DNA from: Thecamonas trahens ATCC 50062
Taxonomy: Eukaryota; Protista; Apusomonadida
Direction: 5' to 3'
DNA length: 64,000 nucleotides
Assembly: GCF_000142905.1 (NCBI RefSeq)
Contig: NW_013657622.1
Coordinates: forward strand, 62,001 to 126,000
In this document: piece by piece, positions 9,622-20,863 of the stretch
Numbering within the stretch: position 1 is the first letter of the stretch
Layout of the letters: each line of letters begins with the position of its first letter
The notes under the pieces: model-generated
Databases searched by the model: none
What the model saw: the letters and a program-made list of their open reading frames with translations, nothing else
Told to the model about the DNA's origin: nothing
Program-made: the position numbers and the translations under genes

Positions 9622-12600
9622 CTACGGCTCGTCGTCCGACACCACCATCTCCTTCACCCCATCGTGGCCGTCCCCAAACTCGCCGTCACCAGCCTGGGAC
9701 CCGTCGTCGCCGTCGCCGTCGTCGCTGCCGCCGTCGTCGCTGTCGACGTCGTCGTCGCCGGTCTCGGCCTCGGCCTCGGTCTCGCCTTGGACCGCCCGCA
9801 TCACGTAGCTGGCATCCAGCACGCCAACGATGTGGGCAAAGGCAAAGAGATGCTCCTCGCGGGTCTTGGCATCTAGGTCCGGCTTCTTCGGCTTGGACTT
9901 CTTGGGCGTCACCGGCGACATGAGCATGTCAGTCGAGTCATCATCCGACTCAGCCACGTACGTCCCGGTCACCATGTCCATGCCGTACCTCCTGAAGCCG
10001 AGCTCCTCGTCGTCATCCGAGCCAAATGCGGTCGCACCGTGGAACCGCGTCGCCGCGTGTCGCGTGTAGTGCGTCGCCCGCCACACATCGCCGTCCACAG
10101 GCTTGTCCCACGTCCCAATGTCCTCGTCCGACTCAGGGTCCTTGCCCTTGAGCCGCCGCCGCTCCTCCGCCGCTGCCGCTACCGCTGCCGCTGCCTCGGC
10201 CGCAACACGCGCCGCTGCCGCTGCCTCTGGGTCGGTATCTTCGTCAACCTCGGGGAGGGCCGGCTCCGGTGGCGTCTCAGGCTCCGGCGGCAGGCCACGC
10301 GCTAGCCGCATGCCCGCGGCCTCGGCCTTCTCCACCGCCGCTGCCTCGATGCCGGCCGCCACCATTTGGCCCCGCATCCAGTTGACTAGCCCAGCAACAG
10401 CCCGCTTCTGGCTTGCGACATAGTTGGCGACGTCGTCAAAGATCGCCACTAGCTCAGCGAGCCAGATCAGCGCCCGGAGCGCAACCCGCGGCGTCCGCGG
10501 CCGCTTGAGCTGCACAACTCGGAGGAGGCCAAACTGCGCGGCGTGTGCCACCGGCGAGAGCGCCCACGGAAGCCGCGCCTCACGCAGCCCGTCGTCCAGC
10601 CGCAGAATTCGCCCCAGCAGGTCGAGGTTGCCGCTGAGATGCGACTCTGGCCGCATGTACAGCTGCCGCCCGATGATCGAAATAAACTGCTTCGACAGCG
10701 CCCGGTGGCCGTACGACAGGTGCTCACATACGGCCGCCACAGCCTCATGGTTGTAGTTCATCTGGATCATTTGCGTGAGCCAGTGCTGGCCAATCACCAC
10801 CGTCACCGTCCGCTTCGGCAGAACTACCACCGTCTCGTCGTCCTCGGCCATTAGCGTGGTCGGCGGCACGCCCTCGCCGGCCGTCGCACACCCGCGGAGC
10901 ACCGTCGCGTATGTCGCCATAAAGTGCGTCAGGTCCGGAAGCTGGTTGTCGTCCATGATCTGCACGCGCGGAATGTTGCCCTTGAGCGGCTGGGCCAGAA
11001 AGTAAGAGATGAAGAGCTGGAAGAACTCGGCGTCAACAAGGTACATTCGCGTCTTCCACGAAATCTCTGCAAAGCCGCGGAAGAGCCGCCAATACTGCCG
11101 AAAGTTGCGCCAGTACGTCCGCGAGACCTCAAACTCGTCCCACACAGCGTCGATGAACCGCATCACAGACGCCGCAGGCACCACACGCGCCTCCTCGCCC
11201 TCGCCCGCAGCCTCCTCCAGCCGCTCGTCAAAGAGTGGCGTCTCGTACTGCGCCACAAGCTTCATCACGTTGACAATGAGCGCAACCACGTTGATCCGCA
11301 CGCTCTCCTTGGGGCACACCAGCGTCAGCGGCCGGATAAACGCCCGCGCGTAGTCAAGGAACCACACCCCAGCAGGCACATGCCGCGCATACAGAGAGTT
11401 GAGCAGCTCGAACCATGCAGAGAGCGCAGAGTCCTCGCGCGCCCGCACAAGCACTTCAAACACCACCCGCGTCCCCATCTGGATCATCCGCAGCCCAGAG
11501 TCAGCCTCCACGTCGGGCACCCCGTACGCCAGCACATCGTCAAACTCAAACTGCTGGCAGAGCCGCAGCACGTAGTCAAAGTACGTCGACGAGAAGAAGA
11601 ACCGCTCGCGCGCAAACTGTACGTTCTCCCGCCACACGTGCTCCAGCACGTCCGCAGGCAGCCCGTCGCAGTCGCCGGCGCCGGCGCCAGCAGACTCGAT
11701 TGACACCTCGCTCCTCGCCGACAACTCGCGCCTCGCGCCTTCGCCGTCCACAACCGCAACCTCGCCGCTTGCCGTTGCCTGTGGCTCCGGTTCGGGCGCA
11801 AGCGGGTCGACCCACCCGGCTGGGGCAGGACTCTTGCGCTTGTAGATGAGCATGTACGCCGACTTGGTCCGCGGGATGCCGCGCTCGATGTTCCGCCGCA
11901 GAGCCGAGCTCCAGGTCTTGACAATCTCGTCGCCGCCAAAGCACGCGGCCTCAAGCGAGGTCTCGATGTTGAACGGCGTCACGGCCTTGTCGTTGAACTC
12001 GAGCCACCGCCCGTCGCCCTCGCAACCCTCGTCGCCTTGCGCCCGGATGTACGAGTAGTAGTGCCCGCCCTGCGCCATGCCCGAGTGGACAAGGACGCCG
12101 GTCAGCTCGTACTCGTAGTACCACTCGGGCCGTGGCTCGAGCTCAAAGAGCGGCACCCCGCCGGCCTCCTTCTCGCGGCGGGCAAGGCCCTCGCGGGTCC
12201 ACGGCTCAACGTTGAGCTCGAGTGGGAACGAGCACCGGTCGTTCACCTTGGTCCGCTCCATCGTCTCATAGTTAAACTCAAAGCGCTTGAGGTGGACAAT
12301 GAACACGTCCGAGAGCGAGTGCAGGCACGCGCCCTTTGCCGCCGTGATCTTGCGTGAGTGCGGCTCGCAGTAGTACGCGTTCTCGCCCTCCATTACGTCC
12401 GGCTCAACGTAAAAGTCCAGCGCCTCCTCAATAGACGCCTTGCCCTTGATGTCCAGCGAGATGTTGTAGAACTCCTCTAGCCGCTCGCCGTAGTACGGGT
12501 ACTCGTCCTCGCGCGATCGGATCTGGTTCGAGAGCTTGCCGCCAAACAGCTCGAGCATCTGCTCTGCCCCGCTCCCCTCGACCTTCAGCTCGTCCTCCAG

Positions 12601-15600
12601 CCGCTGGCAGAGTAGGTTGAAGAACTCGTTGACATCCTGCTGGACCTTGGGGTTGATCGGCCGGCCCTCCCAGTCCTTAAACGCCCCAAGGAAGCCCTCG
12701 GGCCCGTACGCCTTCTTGTTCGACTCGAGCAAGTTGACAAAGATAATCTGCAGTTGCTTGAGCAGCGAGTCCTCGTTGCTCCCGCCAGCGCTTCCGCCTG
12801 CCCCGGGTCGCAGTGCAAGCACTCCGCGCCGGAACGGGGCCATCATGAACAGCTGCTGGAGCATGGCGTTGACATAGCATGTACACCCAAAGTTGACCAG
12901 GCCGCAGTACCCACTCGCCGCACGCGCGTTGGCGCCCGGGTAGTACCGCCAGCCGGAGACCTGTGCAAACGAGTCATCCTCGTGGTGCGGTGCAAGCTTC
13001 TCCAGCAGGCTCGCCGCAGAGCTCGACGAGAGCGACGCGAGCTGAAGCTGGAGCGAGTATGCCGCCTGCCGCGTCCGTGGCGACTTGCACATCGGTGGTG
13101 GTGGCGCATCCGATGACCGCCGGTCGTCCGCAGCAAGCGTCGCAAACAGCGCGTCCTCGTGGAGAACGTCGACCAGCCCAGCCGCAAGGCTCCCGGCTGC
13201 CTCTAGCCGCGTCGCAATGACGCCAGCAGCAGTCTCGCTCAGCGTCACCTTGTCAAGCACGCTCGCGTCACCGCTCACCACCACCCGTGCCACGTCGAGA
13301 TAGCCTGCGAGCACCTCGTCCGTCACGCCGTCGTCGTACTCGCGAGTCCCGCGGGTCAGCAGGCACTCGATTGCTGAGCAGGCGACCGTCGTCAGCTCCT
13401 CGTTTGCAATCCCGCGCGTGGAGATTGTGCTCGAGATGAGCTCCACAAGCAGCGAAAAGTACTCGCGGTACTGGTCCATCGGCGCCGGCGCGCTGCTCCC
13501 CGCAAACGGCGGAAGCAGACCAAGAAGCCGCTGGAGGAACAGCTCGTGTGGCCCGTTCTTGCTGCTGCTTGCACCGACCTGTGAGACAAGGTTGTAGAGG
13601 CCGATTGCAACCTCAGCCCGAACTCCCGCGTCGCCGCACTGGATGAGCGCTGTGTCGAGAAACTCCGAAGTCATGGCCGAGGTGAGTACCGAGAGGTGCG
13701 CCGGCTGCGAGACAATGCAGAGGACAATCAGTCGCATCGAGTACGCGGTGACCTCGGCGGCAGTCTCGGACGCGCCTTGCTCGCTCGCTGCCGCCGCCAC
13801 CAGGCTCACCAGCGCAGGCACCAGATCGGCGACGCTGACGGTCTCAAGAAGAACGCGCTTGGCGGCCTCGCTTGCAGTGTACTCGGCAATCATGGCGGCA
13901 AAGGCTGCACCGGCAGACGACGTTGTGGTGGAGCCTGCCGATCCGCCGCCGCCCGAACCGGGCGTCGAGCAGACCGGCGAGACAAGTCCGGTCGGCGTGC
14001 TAGGGGTCGGCACGCCTGCACCCGAGCCGGCCACCGGGCTCGCCGGCGCCGGCGCTGACGTCTCGTCCGAGAGCGCGCCGCGGAGGAAAAACTCGAGGAC
14101 CTTGAGGATGAGCGCGAGCGATGCGTTGCGCTGCTCAGTGTTGTCTGGCGCAGCGGTGCCGGAGTCGTTACCAGCTGTTGTCAGCTCAGCGCCGGCAAAG
14201 ATGCCGTACAGGTGCTGGACGCCGCCCGACTCGACAAAGACCCGGCACCACTCGGCGCGGGCGGTGACGTCGCGGCCTTCATCGACCGGGAACAAAATGG
14301 TGTCGATGATCTGCAGCGCATACAGCAACCGGTAGACCGAGGCCGGGTCGATGAGGCCGGCCCAGCCCGCGTCGCCAAGCTCGAGGTGAGTGAGCTTGCG
14401 GAGAATAACCTGGTTCGTGGGAATAACCATGAGCAGGTCCCAGATCTGCGGGCCAACACCGGCGCAGGCCGCTGACGAGACGAGCGAGAACAGGACGTCC
14501 ATGTACTGCTGGTTCGACGAGAGCATCATCGGTGGGTAGACAACCAGTCGCTGGGAGCCGCTTCCGGAGCCATCGTCCGAGCCGTCGTCGCCGTCGGGGA
14601 ACGCCATGCGGTGCGCAGCCGGGTTGGTGGCGTCGTCGCCGCCGCCGGGGGCATCAGCCTTGGTCTCGGCCATCTGGGTTGCAAAGGCTTCGAGCTCGGA
14701 CTTTTGAACCGGGTCGAACAGAAGCATAGCAGCCTCGTTGACATCAAACGACTCCTTGCGCAGCGCGAGGAGCGCCACGTTGGCGCTGGTCTCGCACGTC
14801 ACCATCAGCTGCTGGGCCATCTCCATGGCGTTGGCCGGGTCCGAGCTGGCATCGAGGAGCTCGGACGAGAGGCTCGGCTTGGTTGCGCCGAACGTATCGC
14901 CCATCCGGCTCCGGCGAGTTGTGGCGTCGTCGGCCAGCGTCTCGGGAATGCCCGAGGAGAGCCCGACCGAGGCCTTGTCGCGGAGTGAGGCGTCGGCAAG
15001 GGTGCACGAGTCATCGTCGAGCGTGCGACCAGCTGCCTTGAGAACAAGCGCGGCGGCAGGCTCGGTCCAGCCGTCGAGCGCAGCGGCGACAGCCGAGCGA
15101 AGCGCGCCAACGGTAGCCAGCGAGTGCAGGTGGACCTCAAAGACGCCCTCGGGGCTTGTCGACTCAATGCCGTTTTCGATGCGAAGGGTGAGTGGGCGTC
15201 CGCGCGCCGACGCGCCGTGGGCGCGAGTCCCGCCGGCCTCGGACGAAGTCTTGGCAAAGAGTGTCTTCAGGACAGTAAGGCAGGCGTGAATGCGGCGGAC
15301 GGCCTCGGCTGTTGAGACTGGGTCGGCCTCGGCACACTCGGCGGTCTCGAGACCCTCTTCCAGCTTGCGGAAGATGCAGGCGAGAAAGGCGGCGCGGACG
15401 TCTGAGAGCGCAACTGGATCGGCCTTGACCTCGGCAGACACGTTCTCGTGAAGCTCGACAAGGAGCTCGGTGGCCGAGCAGATGACAGTCTGGTCGTGCG
15501 CCTCGAGCACAAGCTGCCACAGGTACTCGACAGCAAGCTTGGTCGGTTGGTAGATGACAAAGTCAAACGAGGCTGTAACCTGCGACGGTGGCGCGTGAGT

Positions 15601-18600
15601 CCGGCGAGTGCCAACACCTGCCGGTGTCGGCTCGGTCTTGGCCCACTCGAGCGCACCGACGCCGACAAGGGCGTGGATGAAGAACTTGCGGAAAGTGGCA
15701 AAGGAGGTCGGCGTGGCCCGTGTCGGTGGCTCGACCTCGAGCGTGCAGCTGAGCAAGGCGTGAGCGTCGTCGATGGTGAGGAGCGTGCACTCGCTCGGGC
15801 TCAGCGAACTGCCGAGCCACGTGTAGAAGAGCTCGGCCTCGGCCGGGACAGCGGCGTCGATGACCATGGAAGCGTGCAACGCCTGGACCTGCTCAAGGGA
15901 GAGGACTGAGCCTGGTGGCGAAGTGAGGGCGGTGAGGAACTCGAGGCGAGTCCTGAGCTCGGCCATGTATTCGGGCGACGAGGGCGAGACGGCTGCGGCG
16001 GTCGACTTGGGGCTCTCTGGCGCGGCGTCGGCATTGGCTCCGGTCTCCTCGGCATCAGCAGGCGGCTCGAGCGGCAGCGGTTCGTCGCCGCTTGCATCGC
16101 CGAGGCTGTCCCCTGAGGTGGGAGTGTCATTGTCGAGCGGTTTGGCCATGGCCTTGAAAAGCGGGAGCGAGGCAATGAGGATCTTGTCGAGGCTGTGGTC
16201 ATCGCGAAGCGAGCGGAGGACCGCAAGCTGGGTCTCCTTGACGTGGGCAGCGTGGATGTCGGGGTAAGTCTCGATGATAGCGAGGAGGCACTTGATGCCG
16301 GGAGTGGCGAGAGGGGCGTCGACGAGGGCGGCGGCAATGCGGACAATGGCGGCGGCGCGCTCAGCGCGGAGCGCGTAGACCTTCCAGGCGTCGCCGATGC
16401 AGTCGAGCAGGTAGGCAAGGATGTCGGCAGAGAGCACGTCGGCGCGGTCGAGGACGGTGGAGAGCATCCAGGCGAGGAGTGGCTTCTGGTGGGCAGTCGA
16501 GCGCTTGATGAGGACGCGGACGAGCGAGAGCATGTCCTTGGTGAGAGCCTCGAGCGGCAACGAGGCGAGCGAGTTGAACATGAGACCAACCATCTCGATG
16601 GGGATCTGGTAGGCAACCTTGCGAAGGAGCTCGAGGACGGCGGCGGCGTAGATCTCGTGGGCGTTGATGACGCACTCCCAGAGCATGGCCATGGCGGCGT
16701 CGGTGAACGCCCTTTGCTTGATGAGAAAGAGGACGAGCGGTGAGGAGCGCCGGAGGAGCTCGGCGTGTTTGGACGCGCCGGTCAGAGTCTCAAAGATCGA
16801 GTGCTCCGCGAGCCACTCGAGGAGGGCCTCAGGGGTGAGCCACTTGGCAGCCTTGATGGAGGCCACGCGCCTGGTGGCCGCCGCCCACGCCCGCTTCTCG
16901 ACCATGGACAGGAGTTCGTTGAGGAGGTCCATGCCGTGGATCCGCTGCTGGAGCGAGGACGACGAGAGTAGGCGGAGGGTGAGGTCGAGGTGGAGCGGCT
17001 CGACAACGCCGCCGGCTTCTTCGGCCTCCATGCTCACCTCGAGCGCGCTCTGGAGCTGGTCAAGCATGACAATGGCAGTGGCCGGCGCGAGCTCACGCAG
17101 CTCGGCGTCGTCGAGGCTGCGAAGGTAGTGCTCGAGAGCGGTGGCCATGGCAGACATCACCTCCTTGCACCGCGGCGACGTCATGTATCCCGAGGCGGTG
17201 ATAGCTCGCAGCATGCCAGTGAGGATGTGGATGATGCTGAGCGGAGTGCGGGCGTCGCCGCTGCGCCCGATGTGGGCGACGACGGCGGCAAAGCCACCCG
17301 TCCGGCCAAAGTGCGAGACAAACTCGCGGAGGAGATTCGAAGACCAGTGGCGAACCCGCGGCATGGTGCCCCATTCTGTCTCGACCATGGCGTCGGCATC
17401 GACATCGGCATCGGCATCGGCATCGACATCGGCATCGGCATCGGCATCGGCATCAGCGTCAGCCTGGACGTCCGCATCGGCCTCGGCATTGGGAGTGCTG
17501 CGGTTGTTGGCACAGGGCGAGGACTTGTCGTCGGACGGCGGCGAGACAACAACGTACTCGTCGTCGTCCGAGGCCAGTTCCTGTCCCTTGATCTGGGCCT
17601 CGACCTCGGGCGAGGCCTCCTCATCGACGCGCGCCGAGGCAGCGTCGGTGGCAGAGGCGACGGTGCACTCGGCGTCGATCTTGGCACGGTGGGCGGCATA
17701 CGTGGTGTGAGTGGCACGTGGGAAGAGATAAAACTGGCGAGTCGAGTCAAAGATGCGGCGGAGTGTGTCGGCGATGCCCTTGGAGTTGGTGGGCAAGGCG
17801 AGGCGGCAAAAGTCTAGCGCGGCGACGACAAAGTCTGCAGCGCGGTAGCAAATGTGGACTTGGAGGTAGCGGGCCTTGAGTACGGTGCGGACAGCAGCCG
17901 GTAGGGCCGTGTCAACAAAGTACTCGGCGTGCTCGGGCGGCGCCATTTCCCCTGCAATGTACGCTGTCATAGCTGCCTCCATCATCTCCAGGTATGGACC
18001 TGGATCTGCCGCTGTCGATCAAGCCCGGTGCACAGCCAGCAGGAGGAGCAGCAGGAGCAGGAAGAAGAGGATAAGGTGCGGGACAGGATGAGACGGAAGA
18101 AAAAGAATACACCCATGACCCATGTCCCAGTTGAGAAGCACCAGGATCAGAAGGGGGGGGGGGGGGGGGGGAGGAGCGTGACCAAAGGAAGAAGAACACG
18201 CCCACGCCCCATACCCCAGACCAGCAACACCAGGACCAGGACAGGACCAGCAGGAACAGCAGGACGAGAACCAGGAAAATCAGCACGAGGACCATAATAA
18301 GTAGGACAGGGGGCAAGAGGGGGAAGAGGAAGAGGATGGGGGGGGCAGTCACCGCATAGAAGCCGTCGACCCAGCGACAGCACCAGCGACAACCAAAGGA
18401 GACAGAGACAGCGAGACAACCAGCGCGACCGACCCAAGCAACAAACACAAGCCAAGCCATCCATAGAGTAAGTATACCAGGAAGAGGAGGAGGAGGAGAA
18501 GGAGAAGGGGAGGATGGACCAACAGTCACCCACTAGGTGTGTGTAGGGAGGGGGGGGGGGANNNNNNNNNNNNNNNNNNNNNNNNNNNNNNNNNNNNNNN

Positions 18601-18777
18601 NNNNNNNNNNNNNNNNNNNNNNNNNNNNNNNNNNNNNNNNNNNNNNNNNNNNNNNNNNNNNCACACACACACAACCACCACCACCACCACCACCACCACC
18701 ACCACCACAGTAAACATACCATTCTCAATGCCCCGCTTGATAGTGTCATACGTGTCCTTGTACTCGGCAGAGGACAT
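9622..18777 (-). CDS. giant ubiquitin-specific protease (USP9/24/34-like) with internal UBL and UBA-like segments; exon1 18777-18720, intron 18719-18000, exon2 17999-9622
   Basis: Cys box 'GLVNFGCTCYVNAMLQQL', 'QQDVNEFF', His box 'GVLVHSGMAQGGHYYSYIR..WLEFND'. Exon1 MSSAEYKDTYDTIKRGIEN G|GTATGT splices in phase 1 to CAG|GT CCA TAC. Confidence 0.92.
18000..18719 (-). other. first intron of USP gene ((GTG)n, gap 18562-18661, pyrimidine-rich 3' part)
   Basis: GTATGT donor and CAG acceptor (an alternative in-frame CAG lies 6 nt upstream). Confidence 0.75.
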
Positions 18778-18877
18778 ACTCCTGCTGGAATGGTGAGTGG
18801 GGGGGGGAGGGGGGAGGAGCCGGAGAGAGCCGAGTGCAGGTGTTGTTGTCACGTTCGGTCATTCGTCGCTCGTAGGT

Positions 18878-19850
18878 CGGCCACTCACACACCGGCCACT
18901 CACACATCGGCCACTCGCACACCGGCCACTCACACATCGGCCACTCACACACCGGCCACTCACACATCGGTCACTCACACATCGGCCACTCGCACACCGG
19001 TCACTCACACACCGGCCGCTCACACACCGACCACTCACACACCGGCCACTCACACACCGGCCACTCACACATCGGCCACTCGCACACCGGCCACTCACAC
19101 ACCGGCCACTCACACATCGGCCACTCGCACATCGGCCACTCACACACCGGCCACTCTCACATCGGCCACTCGCACATCGGCCACTCGCACATCGGCCACT
19201 CTCACACCGGTCACTCACACATCGGCCACTCACACACCGGCCACTCGCACACCGGCCGCTCACACACCGGCCACTCACACATCGGCCACTCGCACGCCGG
19301 CCAATCACACATCGGCCACTCGCATCGGCCACTCGCATCGGCCACTCACACACCGGCCACTCACACATCGGCCACTCACACACCGGCCACTCGCATCGGC
19401 CACTCGCATCGGCCACTCACACACCGGCCACTCGCACATCGGCCACTCGCACGCCGGCCAATCACACATCGGCCAATCACACATCGGCCACTCACACATC
19501 GGCCACTCACACACCGGCCACTCACACATCGGCCACTCACACATCGGCCACTCACACACCGGCCACTCGCATCGGCCACTCGCATCGGCCACTCACACAT
19601 CGGCCACTCACACACCGGCCACTCACACACCGGCCACTCACACATCGGCCACTCACACACCGGCCACTCACACATCGGCCACTCACACACCGGCCACTCG
19701 CATCGGCCACTCGCATCGGCCACTCACACATCGGCCACTCACACACCGGCCACTCACACACCGGCCACTCACACATCGGCCACTCACACACCGGCCACTC
19801 ACACATCGGCCACTCACACACCGGCCACTCGCATCGGCCACTCGACCACT
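18878..19850. repeat. 15-bp (CACACA[C/T]CGGCCACT) minisatellite with interspersed 13-bp variants, in divergent intergenic region
   Basis: about 65 units visible directly. Confidence 0.95.
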
Positions 19851-19993
19851 CGCAGGTCAGCCATCGACCAAAAAGCAACGATTATTTCCCCTTCGCCCCA
19901 ACCATGTGACAGGTCACGGCCACCTTCAGCCACAGCCACGAACAGCCACGATAGCCACGATAAGCACCACACACCCCACTACCCAGTCACACC

Positions 19994-20797
19994 ATGGGCA
20001 GACGGCGGAGGAAGAAGGGACCCACCATTGTTATGGGTGAGGCAGCCGAGGAGGACGAGCCTTCAGCTCCCACCACCACCCCCCCTACCATGGGCATGGG
20101 CATGGAGGCTGAGAAGGACGGTGGGGTGGAGGAGGCTGGTGGGGAAGGCACTGGTGGTGACGGCGGTGGGCGGCATGGTGAAGGGCAAAATGCGGGTGGG
20201 CGGCATGTGCCCGACGGCGAACAGGTGACGGGCGACGGAGTGGTCGCTGGCGGGGAGGATGATGATGATGGTGCGGTGGACGAGGCCGACAACAACGGCA
20301 ACGAGGCCGACAGCAACAATGCGCTCGTAGACGATGCGGACGACGGCGGCGTGACACAACTTGCTGGGAATGACCCTGCTCAAGACGCACACCCTGTCCA
20401 TGAGCAGGATCAGGGTGGCCAGGACGCAGAGGGTGGCCCAGAGGCAGGGACAAATGCAGTGGGTGGCGAGACAGAGGCCGTGGTCGGCCCGCGGGTGGTG
20501 CGGATGCTGCCACCGGACTCGGCGTCGCAGCGCAAGCTGCGGGAGAAGAACGCGGCTCTGCGGAAGCGGCTCGGCCGCAAGTACAGCAAGGTGTTTGAGA
20601 AGGCCCACAAGGAGATCGACGGCGCCTCGGGCGAGGTCGACAAGTCGCGCTCGCTCGTCGACGACGTCGCTCGCGACTTCAAGTCGCTCAACGCAGATCT
20701 GAACATCCTCGCCGTCACCGCGGAGGGCCTCTTCCCAGGCGCCGCCTCGCCGTACTTCCCCTCGCTCAACCTGCCGGCCGCTACGCCGTCCTCATGA
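19994..20797 (+). CDS. BLOC1S3: BLOC-1 subunit 3-like protein
   Basis: N-terminal 'GRRRR..TIVMGEAAEEDE' resembles the BLOS3 N-terminus; acidic linker; C-terminal coiled coil 'QRKLREKNAALRKRL..VFEKAHKEI..SLNADL'. Confidence 0.65.
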   Translation: MGRRRRKKGPTIVMGEAAEEDEPSAPTTTPPTMGMGMEAEKDGGVEEAGGEGTGGDGGGRHGEGQNAGGRHVPDGEQVTGDGVVAGGEDDDDGAVDEADNNGNEADSNNALVDDADDGGVTQLAGNDPAQDAHPVHEQDQGGQDAEGGPEAGTNAVGGETEAVVGPRVVRMLPPDSASQRKLREKNAALRKRLGRKYSKVFEKAHKEIDGASGEVDKSRSLVDDVARDFKSLNADLNILAVTAEGLFPGAASPYFPSLNLPAATPSS

Positions 20798-20863
20798 CCT
20801 GCGGCCAGCATCGTGTTTTAACTCGCGCTGTAAACAGACTGGTCCGCAAACACGCTTCGCTAT

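Noticed and set aside
18790-20040. Repeat-derived ORFs (THRPL/ATHTP; also poly-His/MV at 42.7 kb and HGHG at 28.7 kb)
   Set aside because: Open only because the repeat units lack stop codons; they lie in introns or intergenic DNA
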